From the NCBI GenBank assembly GCA_945983355.1, contig CAMFSU010000048.1, forward strand, positions 20,367 through 84,366: 64,000 bases of DNA, written 5' to 3'. Of the stretch, positions 28,209 to 39,076 are shown piece after piece. The notes beneath the pieces were generated by a model. That model saw only the letters and a program-made list of their open reading frames with translations. It made no database searches and was not told the origin of the DNA. How positions within the stretch are numbered: position 1 is the stretch's first letter; each line of letters begins with the position of its first letter. This DNA is from an uncultured Clostridia bacterium (GTDB taxonomy: Bacteria > Bacillota > Clostridia > Oscillospirales > Acutalibacteraceae). A program made the translations under genes and the position numbers.

Positions 28209-30728
28209 ATGAAACTGCTTTGTATTGACGGAAACAGCTTAATAAACCGTGCTTTTTACGGCATAAAGCTGCTTACCACCAAAAGCGGTCAATATACAAA
28301 CGCCATTTATGGTTTTATAAATATTTTGCACCGTTTGGAAGAACTTGAAAAGCCCGACGGTGTTGTTGTTGCGTTTGACCTTAAAGCCCCAACCTTTCGC
28401 CATTTGAAGTATGACGCATATAAGGCAGGCCGTAAAGGTATGCCTGATGAGCTTCGCAGCCAAGTCCCCCTTTTAAAGCAGTGGCTTGATTTGGCGGGCT
28501 ATGTCCGCCTTGAGTGTGAGGGCTATGAAGCCGACGATATTTTGGGCACCCTTGCCCGACTTTGTGAAGAAAACGGCGACGAATGTGTCATTTCAACAGG
28601 CGACCGTGATTCTTTGCAGTTAATTTCCGAAAAAACCCGTGTTTTACTTGCTACCACCAAAATGGGCAAGCCCGAAATTATAAACTACACTGTGGATGAG
28701 CTTAAAGCCAAATACGGCCTTACCCCAAATGAAATGATTGAGCTTAAAGCGTTAATGGGTGATAGCTCTGACAATATACCGGGTGTTGCAGGGGTTGGCG
28801 AAAAAACCGCTACCGACCTTGTTACCCGTTACCACAGCATTGATTATATTTACGAAAATCTTGATACACTTGATATTAAAGCGGGTGTTAAGTCAAAGCT
28901 TGAAAATGATAAGGATAATGCCTTTTTAAGCCGTGAGCTTGGCACAATTTGTAAAACCGCACCGATAGAAAGTGAGCTTTCAGGTTATAAATATAAACCA
29001 CAAAATAGTAACGAGCTTACCACCTTTATGACAGGGCTTGAGCTTTTTAAACTCATGGAAAAAATGGGGCTTCACGCAGTAGTTAAAGCCGACACCGCAA
29101 AAACAGAAAGCAAAACTCTTTCGGTTTCGGCATTACCCTTGGTTAATAAAACTGCTACCCTTTACTGCCAAAACGGTGAGTGGGCGGTTATAAGTGACGG
29201 CAACGCATTTTTATGTGATGAATGCTTTATTCGTGACATTTTAAAGGATGAAGCTGTTGAAAAACGCGTTTACGATTATAAAAACCTTTACAAACAGTTT
29301 AAGGATGTTAAAAATATCGGCTTTGATGCACTTTTAGCAGGTTATATTTGCAACCCGTCGGCATCAAGCTATGATACCTGCCGCCTTTGCCAAGAATACG
29401 GCGCTGCTTTGCCAAGCTTTAACGGTGAGGCAGATGAAATTATAAAAAACGCTGCCTTGTTTGATGACTGCTGTGACCTTTTGAAAATCGAGCTTACAAA
29501 AAGCGGTCAGCTTGATTTATTTAAAAATATTGAATTACCACTTGCCAAGGTTTTAGGCGATATGGAGCTTTGCGGCTTTAAAGTAAACCTTGAGGGACTT
29601 CAAAATATGTCCTTACAGCTTGGTGAAAGAATTAAAGTTATTGAAAACGAAATTTACGCCCTTGTGGGTTATGAATTCAACCTTAATTCGCCAAAGCAGT
29701 TGGGTGTTGCACTTTTTGAAAAATTGGGGCTTCCCGCCAAAAAGAAAACCAAAAGCGGTTACAGCACCAATGCCGAGGTGCTTGAAGAATTAAAGGATTT
29801 GCACCCCGCGGTAAGCTTACTTTTAGAATATCGCACCCTTGCGAAATTAAAATCCACCTATGCCGATGGGCTTCAGGGCTGTGTTGCCGATGACGGCAGA
29901 ATTCATACCACCTTTAACCAAACCGAAACCCGCACAGGCCGTATAAGCTCGCTTGAGCCGAATTTGCAAAATATCCCCGTCAGAACAAACGAGGGTAAGC
30001 ACCTTCGCGAGTTTTTTGTGGCCGAAAACGGCAAGGTTTTGGTCGATGCCGACTATTCACAAATTGAGCTTCGTGTTTTGGCAAGTATGTCGGGGGACGA
30101 AAATATGATTTCGGCATTTAAAAGCGGGGTTGATATTCACACCGCTACCGCCGCACAGGTTTTTGGTCTTCCTGTTGAAATGGTTACCCCCGTTCTTCGC
30201 AGTCGCGCAAAAGCGGTAAACTTTGGTATTGTTTACGGCATTGGCGCATTTTCGCTTGCAAAGGATATCGGCGTTTCACGAAAAGAGGCCGACAATTATA
30301 TAAAATCCTATCTTGCAACATATCCAAAGGTTTCGGCTTATATGGAAAACACCATAAACGATGCCAAATTAAACGGTTATGTTACCACCCTTTTTGGCAG
30401 AAAACGCTATTTGCCTGAGCTTTCAAATTCAAATGGTATGATTCGTGCCTTTGGTGAAAGGGTTGCCCGAAACGCCCCAATTCAAGGTACTGCCGCTGAT
30501 ATTATTAAGCTTGCAATGGTTAAGGTTTTTAACCGCCTTGAAAATGAGGTGCCAACCGCAAAGCTTATTTTACAGGTACACGACGAGCTTATTGTTGAGT
30601 GTGATGAAAAAGACGCAGTAAAGGTTTGTGACCTTTTAAAATGCGAAATGGAAGCCGCCGCTGATTTGGCAGTAACCCTTACCGCCGATGCCGCTTTCGG
30701 TAAAAACTGGTTGGAGAGCAAGGGCTGA
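28209..30728 (+). CDS. polA: DNA polymerase I
   Basis: 839 aa, 5'-nuclease N-terminus, pol motifs DYSQIELRVLA, RSRAKAVNFGIVYG, QVHDELIVE. Confidence 0.95.
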   Translation: MKLLCIDGNSLINRAFYGIKLLTTKSGQYTNAIYGFINILHRLEELEKPDGVVVAFDLKAPTFRHLKYDAYKAGRKGMPDELRSQVPLLKQWLDLAGYVRLECEGYEADDILGTLARLCEENGDECVISTGDRDSLQLISEKTRVLLATTKMGKPEIINYTVDELKAKYGLTPNEMIELKALMGDSSDNIPGVAGVGEKTATDLVTRYHSIDYIYENLDTLDIKAGVKSKLENDKDNAFLSRELGTICKTAPIESELSGYKYKPQNSNELTTFMTGLELFKLMEKMGLHAVVKADTAKTESKTLSVSALPLVNKTATLYCQNGEWAVISDGNAFLCDECFIRDILKDEAVEKRVYDYKNLYKQFKDVKNIGFDALLAGYICNPSASSYDTCRLCQEYGAALPSFNGEADEIIKNAALFDDCCDLLKIELTKSGQLDLFKNIELPLAKVLGDMELCGFKVNLEGLQNMSLQLGERIKVIENEIYALVGYEFNLNSPKQLGVALFEKLGLPAKKKTKSGYSTNAEVLEELKDLHPAVSLLLEYRTLAKLKSTYADGLQGCVADDGRIHTTFNQTETRTGRISSLEPNLQNIPVRTNEGKHLREFFVAENGKVLVDADYSQIELRVLASMSGDENMISAFKSGVDIHTATAAQVFGLPVEMVTPVLRSRAKAVNFGIVYGIGAFSLAKDIGVSRKEADNYIKSYLATYPKVSAYMENTINDAKLNGYVTTLFGRKRYLPELSNSNGMIRAFGERVARNAPIQGTAADIIKLAMVKVFNRLENEVPTAKLILQVHDELIVECDEKDAVKVCDLLKCEMEAAADLAVTLTADAAFGKNWLESKG

Positions 30729-31528
30729 TGAAAGTTTTATTTATTTGCACAGGTAACACCTGTCGCAGCCCTATGGCTGAGGGATATTTAAAAACAAAAG
30801 GTATTTACTGTGAAAGCCGTGGTCTTGCGGCTGACGGCAGTGCGGTTTCACAAAACGCCAAAACCGTTATGAAAGAAATCGGCATCGATATAAGCGGTCA
30901 CATTTCAAAGCAATTAACTAATGATGATATAAAAAGCTTTGACAAAATTATTTGCCTTTCTAAAAGCCATTTTGATTATCTTTCATCGCTTGGTATTAAG
31001 TGCGAGGTTTTAGGCGACGGTATATCCGACCCGTTTGGTCGTGATTTAACTGTTTACCGAAATTGCCGCGATGAAATTATTCGTGAAATCGACAAGCTTT
31101 TTGTTAATGATATGGAAGACCGCCACATAAACGATGTTTTAGAAATTGAAAATGCTTGTTTTAGCCACCCTTGGACAAAACAAAATATAATCGATGCAAA
31201 AAATAACCACACACACTTTTTTGTTTATGAAGCAAACGGCAAGGCAGTTGGTTATGTTGGGATTTCGGTTATATTGGATGAGGGGTATATCACAAACATT
31301 GCGGTACTGCCCGAATTTAGAAAAAAAGGCATTGCCACCGCACTTTTAAATAAATTAGATGATTTTGCAAAAACTAATAAACTCTGCTTCATTTCACTTG
31401 AAGTAAGGGTAAGCAATGAAAATGCCATTTCACTTTATGAGAAATTTGGCTATAAAAAAGAAGGGTGCCGAAAAAACTTTTACGACACACCAAAGGAAGA
31501 CGCCCTTATTTTAACAAAAAGGTTTTGA
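30728..31528 (+). CDS. fusion protein: LMW phosphatase (YwlE-like, CTGNTCRS P-loop) + RimI-type GNAT acetyltransferase
   Basis: The N-terminal ~125 aa has MKVLFICTGNTCRSPMAEGY and a DPFG acid loop. The C-terminal ~140 aa is GNAT with RimI-like HPWT, ITNIAVLPEFRKKGIATALL, LEVRVSNENAISLYEKFGY. The ATG overlaps the polA TGA. Confidence 0.8.
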   Translation: MKVLFICTGNTCRSPMAEGYLKTKGIYCESRGLAADGSAVSQNAKTVMKEIGIDISGHISKQLTNDDIKSFDKIICLSKSHFDYLSSLGIKCEVLGDGISDPFGRDLTVYRNCRDEIIREIDKLFVNDMEDRHINDVLEIENACFSHPWTKQNIIDAKNNHTHFFVYEANGKAVGYVGISVILDEGYITNIAVLPEFRKKGIATALLNKLDDFAKTNKLCFISLEVRVSNENAISLYEKFGYKKEGCRKNFYDTPKEDALILTKRF

Positions 31529-31532
31529 TATT

Positions 31533-32540
31533 TTGAAAATTTTAGCCATTGAAAGCTCGTGCGATGAAACCTCAGTCGCTGTGGTTGAAGACCGCACTGT
31601 GCTTTCAAACATTGTTTCAACACAGGTTGAAGAACATAAAATTTACGGCGGTGTTGTGCCTGAAATTGCATCCCGCCGCCACACCGAAGCCATAAGCGCC
31701 GTTTGTGATGAAGCACTTAAAACGGCAGGTATCGGATACAGTGATATTGATGCTGTTGCAGTCACCTTTGCGCCTGGGCTTATCGGTGCGCTTTTGGTTG
31801 GCGTAAACTTTGCAAAGGGGCTTTCAATGTCACTTGGGGTTCCGCTTATCCCTGTTCACCATTTGCGTTCGCACATTGCGGCAAATTATCTTGCCCACCC
31901 CGACCTTAAACCGCCATTTTTATGCCTTTTGGTGTCAGGCGGTAACACAGTTATCGCAAAGGTGAGCGATTACACAAAATTTGAAATTATCGGTCAAACC
32001 CGTGACGATGCCGCAGGCGAATGCTTTGACAAGGTGGCACGCCAAATGGGGCTTGCTTACCCCGGGGGCGTAACCCTTGATAAAATTGCAACGGTGGCTG
32101 ACCATAAAAAATATCCGCTACCCCACCCCAAAGTATCGGGCGGCGAATTTGATTTCAGCTTTTCGGGGCTTAAAACTGCGGTAATAAATTTAGTGCATAA
32201 TGCAAAGCAAAAAAACGAAGAAATCGATGTGCCTGTTTTGTGCGCAACGGTTAGAGAGCGTGTTTGCGATTTGCTTATAAAAAACACAATGGCGGCGGCT
32301 GAAGAAACCGGCTTTACCACCATTGCGGTTGCAGGCGGTGTTTCTGCTAACAGCGAGCTTCGCCGAAGGTTAGATGAGGAGTGCAAAAACAAAGGATATT
32401 CACTTTACTACCCACCGCTTAAATATTGCGGTGACAATGCGGCGATGGTAGGCGCACAAGCATTACACGAATATCTTGACGGCAATTTAGGGGATACCTC
32501 CCTTAATGCAACTGCCACATTACCAATAAATTACAGGTGA
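31533..32540 (+). CDS. tsaD: tRNA N6-adenosine threonylcarbamoyltransferase TsaD
   Basis: MKILAIESSCDETSVAVV, VPEIASRRH, SGGNT, GGVSANS motifs. Confidence 0.95.
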   Translation: MKILAIESSCDETSVAVVEDRTVLSNIVSTQVEEHKIYGGVVPEIASRRHTEAISAVCDEALKTAGIGYSDIDAVAVTFAPGLIGALLVGVNFAKGLSMSLGVPLIPVHHLRSHIAANYLAHPDLKPPFLCLLVSGGNTVIAKVSDYTKFEIIGQTRDDAAGECFDKVARQMGLAYPGGVTLDKIATVADHKKYPLPHPKVSGGEFDFSFSGLKTAVINLVHNAKQKNEEIDVPVLCATVRERVCDLLIKNTMAAAEETGFTTIAVAGGVSANSELRRRLDEECKNKGYSLYYPPLKYCGDNAAMVGAQALHEYLDGNLGDTSLNATATLPINYR

Positions 32541-33445
32541 TAAAAATGCAAAACAAAAAACTGCTACTCATTGTTAACCCCTGTTCCGGCAGGGCAAAAA
32601 TGTATACCGAGCTTTTAAAGGTTGTGGAAATTTTTTCTTATGCCGATTATGTCGTTTCGGTTTACCCCACAAAATGCAAAGGCGATGCCACCGAATATGC
32701 TAAAAAGCTTACAAAGGATGATTTTGACCTTATTGTTGTTTGCGGCGGTGACGGCACCTTAAACGAGGTTATTGAAGGCATAATGACCAGCGGTAGTGAT
32801 ATTCCGCTTGGTTATATTCCGTCAGGCACTTTAAACGAATGGTCAAGCGGTCTTAATATTTCAAGAAACATTGAAACAGCCGCAAAGGATATTATAAACG
32901 GCAAAAAAGCCAAGCTTGATATCGGCAAATTTAACGATAAATATTTTTCATATACCGCATCTTTCGGGGCGTTTACAAGCGCGTCATATTCCGCCCCGCA
33001 GGAAATTAAAAATGTTTTAGGTCAAAGCGCCTATTTCTTCGAAGGCATTAAAAGTCTTGGCACCATAAAGCCGATTCACATGAAGCTTACAAGCGATGAT
33101 AGTGTAATTGAGGGCGACTTTCTATTCGGTGCAATTTCAAATTCAATGTCGGTTGGCGGTATTGTTAAATATGATAAAACCCCCGTTGGTCTTAATGATG
33201 GAATTTTTGAAGTTATTTTAATCCGCAACCCTGACAATATAATTAAACTTCAACCCTTGGTTGACGGTATTTTAAAGCACGAATTTGACCGCGAGGGTAT
33301 TGAGTTTTTCCGCACCCAAAAACTGCTTATTGAAGCAAATGAAGAGGTTTCGTGGACACTTGACGGCGAATACGCCAAGGGTGACGGCCCCATAAATATT
33401 GAAAATATTCACAGTGCAATTACATTTATTGTGCCGAATAAATAG
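32537..33445 (+). CDS. diacylglycerol/lipid kinase (YegS/DagK family)
   Basis: LLIVNPCSGR, VVCGGDGTLNEV, IPSGTLNEW motifs. Confidence 0.88.
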   Translation: MIKMQNKKLLLIVNPCSGRAKMYTELLKVVEIFSYADYVVSVYPTKCKGDATEYAKKLTKDDFDLIVVCGGDGTLNEVIEGIMTSGSDIPLGYIPSGTLNEWSSGLNISRNIETAAKDIINGKKAKLDIGKFNDKYFSYTASFGAFTSASYSAPQEIKNVLGQSAYFFEGIKSLGTIKPIHMKLTSDDSVIEGDFLFGAISNSMSVGGIVKYDKTPVGLNDGIFEVILIRNPDNIIKLQPLVDGILKHEFDREGIEFFRTQKLLIEANEEVSWTLDGEYAKGDGPINIENIHSAITFIVPNK

Positions 33446-33472
33446 CCAAACGAAAAGTAAAAGGAGAAAATT

Positions 33473-34492
33473 ATGTTTACAACAGATATTGGTGTTGACC
33501 TGGGCACCGCTAACACCTTGGTTTGTGTTAAGGGCAAGGGAATTATTATGAGAGAGCCGTCGGTTGTGGCTTATGATATAAGAAACGATGTAGTAAGAGC
33601 CGTAGGTCAAGAAGCAAAGGATATGATTGGCCGTACCCCCGGCTCAATCGTTGCAGTACGTCCACTTAAAAACGGTGTTATTGCAAACTTTGATGTCACT
33701 GCGGCAATGCTTAAACGCTTTGTTAAAATTGCCCTTAAAGGTTCATTTTTTAACAGAGTTAGAATGGTTATTTGTATTCCATCGGGCGTTACCGAGGTTG
33801 AAAGCCGTGCCGTTTGGGATGCCGCAAAGCAAGCAGGTGCCACCGAAATTGACTTGGTGGAGGAGCCCATGGCAGCTGCTGTTGGTGCAGGTCTTCCCGT
33901 TTGGGAGGCCACAGGCAATATGATTGTTGACATCGGCGGCGGCACAAGCGAGGTTGCAGTTATATCGCTTGGTGACATTGTTACCGCACAGTCTATTCGT
34001 GTTGCAGGCGACGACCTTGATGAAGCAATTATCAACTACATCCGCAAAAAGCACAACCTTTTAATTGGTGAACGCACAGCTGAACAAATTAAAATTGAAA
34101 TTGGCTCGGCAAAGCCGTATGAGGATGAGACAAGCATTGAAATTAAGGGTAGAAATCAGGTTGACGGTCTGCCTAAAAACATTATCATTTCATCCGAAGA
34201 AGTGCGTAATGCAATGGCCGATACAATTAACCAAATTATTGATATTATCCGTTTAACACTTGAAAAAACTCCACCCGAGCTTTCGGCCGATATTATTGAC
34301 CGCGGTATCACCCTTACAGGTGGTGGTGCATTGCTTCGCGGCTTGGCAGAGCTTATTGCCGAGGAAACAGGTATGCCTGTAACCGTTGCCGCAAACCCTA
34401 TTGACTGTGTTGTTTTGGGCACAGCAAAACGCCTTGAAGCAAATTCGGGCTTTGAAAATTATGTTTTCCGCCGTGGAAAGCATTTCAGATAA
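33473..34492 (+). CDS. mreB: rod shape-determining protein MreB
   Basis: [13 protein letters not shown], actin-fold motifs, 339 aa. Confidence 0.95.
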   Translation: MFTTDIGVDLGTANTLVCVKGKGIIMREPSVVAYDIRNDVVRAVGQEAKDMIGRTPGSIVAVRPLKNGVIANFDVTAAMLKRFVKIALKGSFFNRVRMVICIPSGVTEVESRAVWDAAKQAGATEIDLVEEPMAAAVGAGLPVWEATGNMIVDIGGGTSEVAVISLGDIVTAQSIRVAGDDLDEAIINYIRKKHNLLIGERTAEQIKIEIGSAKPYEDETSIEIKGRNQVDGLPKNIIISSEEVRNAMADTINQIIDIIRLTLEKTPPELSADIIDRGITLTGGGALLRGLAELIAEETGMPVTVAANPIDCVVLGTAKRLEANSGFENYVFRRGKHFR

Positions 34493-34505
34493 CGGAGGTT
34501 AAAAA

Positions 34506-35366
34506 ATGCGATTTTTCTTTCGCAGTAGACAGTTTAAGGTTATTTTAACAATTTTAATTGCCTTAATTGCGGTTTCGGTTATATTTTCAGTAATCGGCAG
34601 TCAGTTATCGCCACAAGCAAATATTGTTGGTACCATTACTGCACCCTTTCGCACTGCCGCAACAAGTATATGGAACGCTTTCGAAGATTATGTAAAGGCA
34701 TTTAATGAAGGTAACCGCTTAATGACCCACAACGCCGAGCTTGAAGCAGAGGTTAACGATTTACGCGAACAGCTTGCCGATTATCAGCAAACCGCCACCG
34801 AAAATGAATTTTATAAAAAATACTTAAAAATTGCCGAGCAAAACCCCGATTTTCAGTTTTCCCCCGCAACACTTATCTCGCGGGATAACGACGACCCCTA
34901 TGGCAGCTTTGTTATAAATAAGGGCTCGCTCAACGGCATTGCCGCTTATGACCCTGTTATAACCGATGCGGGTCTTGTCGGTTATGTTTCACAGGTTGGG
35001 CTTACCACCTCAAAGGTGACAACCGTTTTAAGCCCGCAATTATCGCTTGGCGCACTTGACAACCGCACAAACGATTCGGGCATTATATCAGGCGACCTTG
35101 AAACCGCAAAGCAAAACAAAACCAAATTTAAAAATTTGGCACGCTCTTGCAGTATTGCTATCGGCGACTATGTTATAACCTCGGGTGAGGGTATTTTCCC
35201 AAAGGGTCTGCTTATTGGCAAAATTGATTCTATCGGCAACGATAAATATAATACATCAATTTATGCAACCGTTACCCCCTTTGCCAATGTTAGCGAAATT
35301 AGACAGGTTATGGTAATAACCGACTTCGAAGGTCAGGGCAATATGATTTACGAGGTTGGTGAATAG
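34506..35366 (+). CDS. mreC: rod shape-determining protein MreC
   Basis: N-terminal TM, coiled coil, beta-rich C-terminus (VITSGEGIFPKGLLIGKI). Sits between mreB and mreD. Confidence 0.88.
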   Translation: MRFFFRSRQFKVILTILIALIAVSVIFSVIGSQLSPQANIVGTITAPFRTAATSIWNAFEDYVKAFNEGNRLMTHNAELEAEVNDLREQLADYQQTATENEFYKKYLKIAEQNPDFQFSPATLISRDNDDPYGSFVINKGSLNGIAAYDPVITDAGLVGYVSQVGLTTSKVTTVLSPQLSLGALDNRTNDSGIISGDLETAKQNKTKFKNLARSCSIAIGDYVITSGEGIFPKGLLIGKIDSIGNDKYNTSIYATVTPFANVSEIRQVMVITDFEGQGNMIYEVGE

Positions 35367-35368
35367 AA

Positions 35369-35872
35369 ATGCCTAAAAATCTTAAAAAAAGCTTTATCTT
35401 CATATTTAATGTTATAATTTTCTTTATTTTCTCAATGCTTCCCCACTCATCATTTATAAACATTAAGCTGTTTGATATAAGCATAAGCTTTATAATTCCG
35501 CTTTTGGTGGCATTTGCGCTTTACCATTCCCCCATTGCCGCCGCAATGGCAGGCGTGCTTTCGGGTATTGTTATGGATTCCACCGCAGCAGACAGCTATT
35601 GCTTCAATGCCATTGTTTTACTTATTATCGGCACATTTGTGGCGGTTTCATCCAACACGCTTTTCAATAAAAACATACCATCCGCCGCTGTGATGTCGCT
35701 TTTGTCCGCATTATTTTACTTTGTGGCACAGTGGATATTTTTCCACGCTTTTCACGACGGAATTAACCAATCGCTTACATTTTTGCTACGCCATTCATTA
35801 CCGTCGGCAGTTTTAAGCGCTGTGTTTATTTTTCCGTTTTATTTTCTTTACTCTTATGTTAAAAAACTTTAG
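35369..35872 (+). CDS. mreD: rod shape-determining protein MreD
   Basis: 167 aa polytopic membrane protein in the canonical position. Confidence 0.75.
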   Translation: MPKNLKKSFIFIFNVIIFFIFSMLPHSSFINIKLFDISISFIIPLLVAFALYHSPIAAAMAGVLSGIVMDSTAADSYCFNAIVLLIIGTFVAVSSNTLFNKNIPSAAVMSLLSALFYFVAQWIFFHAFHDGINQSLTFLLRHSLPSAVLSAVFIFPFYFLYSYVKKL

Positions 35873-35887
35873 AAAGGACATATAAAA

Positions 35888-37867
35888 GTGCCTTTTAAGA
35901 AAAAACACCAAACCGAAATAAATATTCTTGCCATATTGTTGGTTGTTGTTATAGTGCTTTTTTCCGCCCGCATTTACTTTTTACAGGTTGTAAATGCCAA
36001 TGCCTTTAAAAAGACATTACCCTATGGTGCGGCAAGCTCGCACACTGCAACGATTAAAGCTCCCCGCGGTGAAATTTTGGACTGCTATGGCAGACAAATT
36101 GCCGTAAACCGCGACGGCTATAACATTGTTTTCAATAAGGCCTATGTAAAGGATAATTTAAATTCGATAATATTAACACTTATAAACGAGGCAGTTGAAT
36201 ATGAAACCGAATGGGTTGATAATTTGCCTATAAGCACTACCGCACCTTATATATATAAGGAGGGTGAAAAAACCGACAAGCTTTTAAAAAAGCTTGACCT
36301 TGCAAATTATGCCACCGCTCAAAACTGCTTTGATGAAATGGTTACAAGATATAAATTAGAAAACTACACCAAAGACGAGCAACGCAAAATTATGGGTGTA
36401 AGATACAGTATGGAAATTTCCGACTTTTCAATTTCTTACCCCTTCACCTTTGCGGAGGATATCCCTACAGAATTTATGCGCAAGGTTTCTGAAACAAATT
36501 TCACCTTGCAAGGTGTTTCTATCGAGGTTGTCCCCTTTCGTGAATATGCCGACACCTCTCTTGCCGTAAACCTTATCGGTACGGTTGGCCCAATTTTTGA
36601 AGAAGACTGGGAAACATATAAAGAAAAAGGTTATTCATATAACGATAAAGTTGGTAAAAGCGGCATTGAAAAATGGGGCGAGGAATATTTAAGAGGTATC
36701 GACGGGCAAATCACCTATTATTTAAGTGCCAAGGGCGAAATTATAAAAAGTGAAGTCACTAAGGAGCCCATACCCGGCAAAACCATTATGCTGTCACTTG
36801 ATAAAAATATCCAACGCCTTGCACAAGATTCATTAAAAGAAAAGGTGCGTGCATTGCAGTCAAAGGGTGGCACCTGTAAAGCAGGTACTGCAGTTGCCAT
36901 TGAAATTTCCACAGGCAAAATTTTGGCGGCGGCAAACTATCCGTCTTATGACCTTGCAACAATGAATAAGGAATATAACAAGCTTCAAGCCGACCCCGCA
37001 AAGCCGCTTATGGACCGTGCTTTTCAAGGCATTTACCCCGTTGGCTCAACCATTAAGCCCGCAGTTGCCGTTGCCGCGATGGAGCTTGGCAAATACCATA
37101 CGGGCGAGGTTGTAAGATGCGTACAAACATACGATTACTTTGAAGATTATAAACCAAAATGTCTTCACTATCACGGCAACCTAAACCTTAAAAACGCCAT
37201 TTCAAAAAGCTGCAACTATTTCTTTTTTGAAATGGGTAAACGAATTGGCGCCACCACACTTACCGATTACTTTAAGCAATTTGGCTTGGGTGTCAGAACA
37301 GGTGTTGAGGTTAACGACAGCGCAGGCCTTTTATTAGAGCCAAGCTCTGACCGTGTGGGCGGTACAACCCTTCAAATTTCTATTGGCCAAATGAATGCAT
37401 TTACACCGCTTCAGCTTGCAAATTACACCGCAACCTTGGCAAACGGCGGTACACATTATAACGCAAGTCTTATTGATAGAATTGTAAGCTATGATATGTC
37501 AAATGTTATTAAAACATTTGAACCACAAATTAAAAACAAAATGAAAATAAGCGATAACACACTTAAAGCCGTAAAAGAAGGTATGTTGTCTGTTACCGAA
37601 GAAGGTACAGGCCGTTTGGCATTAAGTGATTACCCCATTAAAGTTGGCGGTAAAACAGGTACCTCACAGGTTGCAAACGCACCTGACCACAGCGTGTTTA
37701 TCGCTTATGCACCATTTGATAACCCCGAAATTGCCATTTCGGTTGTGCTTGAAAACGGTCAAATGGGCTCTACCGCGGGTACTATTGTTCGCGACATATT
37801 AGATGCACATTTCTTTTCAAAAGAAAGTGCTGATAAGGTCGATTTTCCGTTTACCATATTAGATTGA
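35888..37867 (+). CDS. mrdA: penicillin-binding protein 2 (class B transpeptidase)
   Basis: GTG start, N-terminal TM, STIK (SxxK) and KTGTS (KTG) motifs. Confidence 0.88.
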   Translation: MPFKKKHQTEINILAILLVVVIVLFSARIYFLQVVNANAFKKTLPYGAASSHTATIKAPRGEILDCYGRQIAVNRDGYNIVFNKAYVKDNLNSIILTLINEAVEYETEWVDNLPISTTAPYIYKEGEKTDKLLKKLDLANYATAQNCFDEMVTRYKLENYTKDEQRKIMGVRYSMEISDFSISYPFTFAEDIPTEFMRKVSETNFTLQGVSIEVVPFREYADTSLAVNLIGTVGPIFEEDWETYKEKGYSYNDKVGKSGIEKWGEEYLRGIDGQITYYLSAKGEIIKSEVTKEPIPGKTIMLSLDKNIQRLAQDSLKEKVRALQSKGGTCKAGTAVAIEISTGKILAAANYPSYDLATMNKEYNKLQADPAKPLMDRAFQGIYPVGSTIKPAVAVAAMELGKYHTGEVVRCVQTYDYFEDYKPKCLHYHGNLNLKNAISKSCNYFFFEMGKRIGATTLTDYFKQFGLGVRTGVEVNDSAGLLLEPSSDRVGGTTLQISIGQMNAFTPLQLANYTATLANGGTHYNASLIDRIVSYDMSNVIKTFEPQIKNKMKISDNTLKAVKEGMLSVTEEGTGRLALSDYPIKVGGKTGTSQVANAPDHSVFIAYAPFDNPEIAISVVLENGQMGSTAGTIVRDILDAHFFSKESADKVDFPFTILD

Positions 37868-37914
37868 CAAAAAAATTGACTTATGATAAAATGTTAAATT
37901 ATTGAGGTGAAAAT

Positions 37915-38640
37915 ATGGGCAAAATTTTTGCTGTGACCTCCGGCAAGGGCGGTGTGGGTAAATCCACCGTTTCGGCGGGGTTGGCAGTCAGCTTTTCAAC
38001 GCTTGGATACAAAACCTTGGTTGTTGATATGGACGAGGGTCTTCGTTGCCTTGACTTAATGCTTGGCGTGGACAAGCAGGTGGTGCTTGACCTTTCGGAT
38101 ATACTAAGCGGCAGAGAGATAAGCGATGCAGTTTACGAAGTGAAGCAAAACCTGTTTTTAATTCCCGCTCCCCAAAAAATCGGCTTGATTGATGCCTTTT
38201 CACTTGCTAATTTTGCAAACGATGTCAATAATTTATATGATATTGTTATATTTGATTTTCCCGCAGGGATTGACTTTTCCCTTTACGGCTCGCTTCCAAA
38301 GGATTCACTTTTTTTAACAGTTGCTTTTCCCGATGCGGTCACCGTGCGTGATGCGGCTGTTGTAAGCGGTCTTTTGGGCGAAATGGGGCTTTCTTCCCGC
38401 CTTATTATAAACCGCTTTGAATATAAGCTTTCTAAAAAGCGTGGGTTTAAGGGCATTGATGATATTATCGATGAAGCGTATTTACAGCTTGTTGGCATTG
38501 TGCCAAACAGCGATGAGCTGAAGAATCTATCATCAGGGAAAATTCCAAAACATAAAAGCAAACCCATGAAAGCTTTTATAAGAATTGCAAAACGCCTTTT
38601 GGGTGAAAATATACTTCTTCCAAAGGTTAAAAAAATATGA
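37915..38640 (+). CDS. minD: MinD/ParA-family P-loop ATPase (MinD-like, no minC/minE nearby)
   Basis: Deviant Walker A SGKGGVGKST, 241 aa, in the position where minCDE usually follows mrdA. Confidence 0.7.
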   Translation: MGKIFAVTSGKGGVGKSTVSAGLAVSFSTLGYKTLVVDMDEGLRCLDLMLGVDKQVVLDLSDILSGREISDAVYEVKQNLFLIPAPQKIGLIDAFSLANFANDVNNLYDIVIFDFPAGIDFSLYGSLPKDSLFLTVAFPDAVTVRDAAVVSGLLGEMGLSSRLIINRFEYKLSKKRGFKGIDDIIDEAYLQLVGIVPNSDELKNLSSGKIPKHKSKPMKAFIRIAKRLLGENILLPKVKKI

Positions 38641-38654
38641 GAGGATAATGAAAA

Positions 38655-39059
38655 ATGACAATTGCACTTATCGCACACGATGCTAAAAAGGAACTTATGG
38701 TTCAATTTTGCATTGCTTATTGTGGCATTTTAAGCCGTTACAACCTTGTTGCAACAGGCGGTACAGGTAAAGTTGTGTCAGAAGCAACCGGTCTTCAAAT
38801 CGCAACCTTTTTAAGCGGTTCGCAGGGCGGCTCGCAGCAAATTGCTTCCCGCATTGGCTGTGATGAAATTGACCTTTTACTTCTTTTTAGAAATCCTCTT
38901 GACCCCAAACCGCACGAGCCCGACGAACACGCTCTTTTACGACTTTGTGATGTGCATAACATTCCTGTTGCAACCAACATCGCCACCGCTGAAATGCTTA
39001 TCCACGGTTTAGAGCGCGGCGACCTCGACTGGCGTGATATTATAAAATCCAACCACTAA
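38655..39059 (+). CDS. mgsA: methylglyoxal synthase
   Basis: [27 protein letters not shown] motifs. Confidence 0.92.
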   Translation: MTIALIAHDAKKELMVQFCIAYCGILSRYNLVATGGTGKVVSEATGLQIATFLSGSQGGSQQIASRIGCDEIDLLLLFRNPLDPKPHEPDEHALLRLCDVHNIPVATNIATAEMLIHGLERGDLDWRDIIKSNH

Positions 39060-39076
39060 TTTTAAGAAGGTTTATT

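Noticed and set aside
39060-39076. T-box leader expected upstream of hisS-aspS
   Set aside because: Only 17 nt separate mgsA from hisS, which leaves no room for a T-box.
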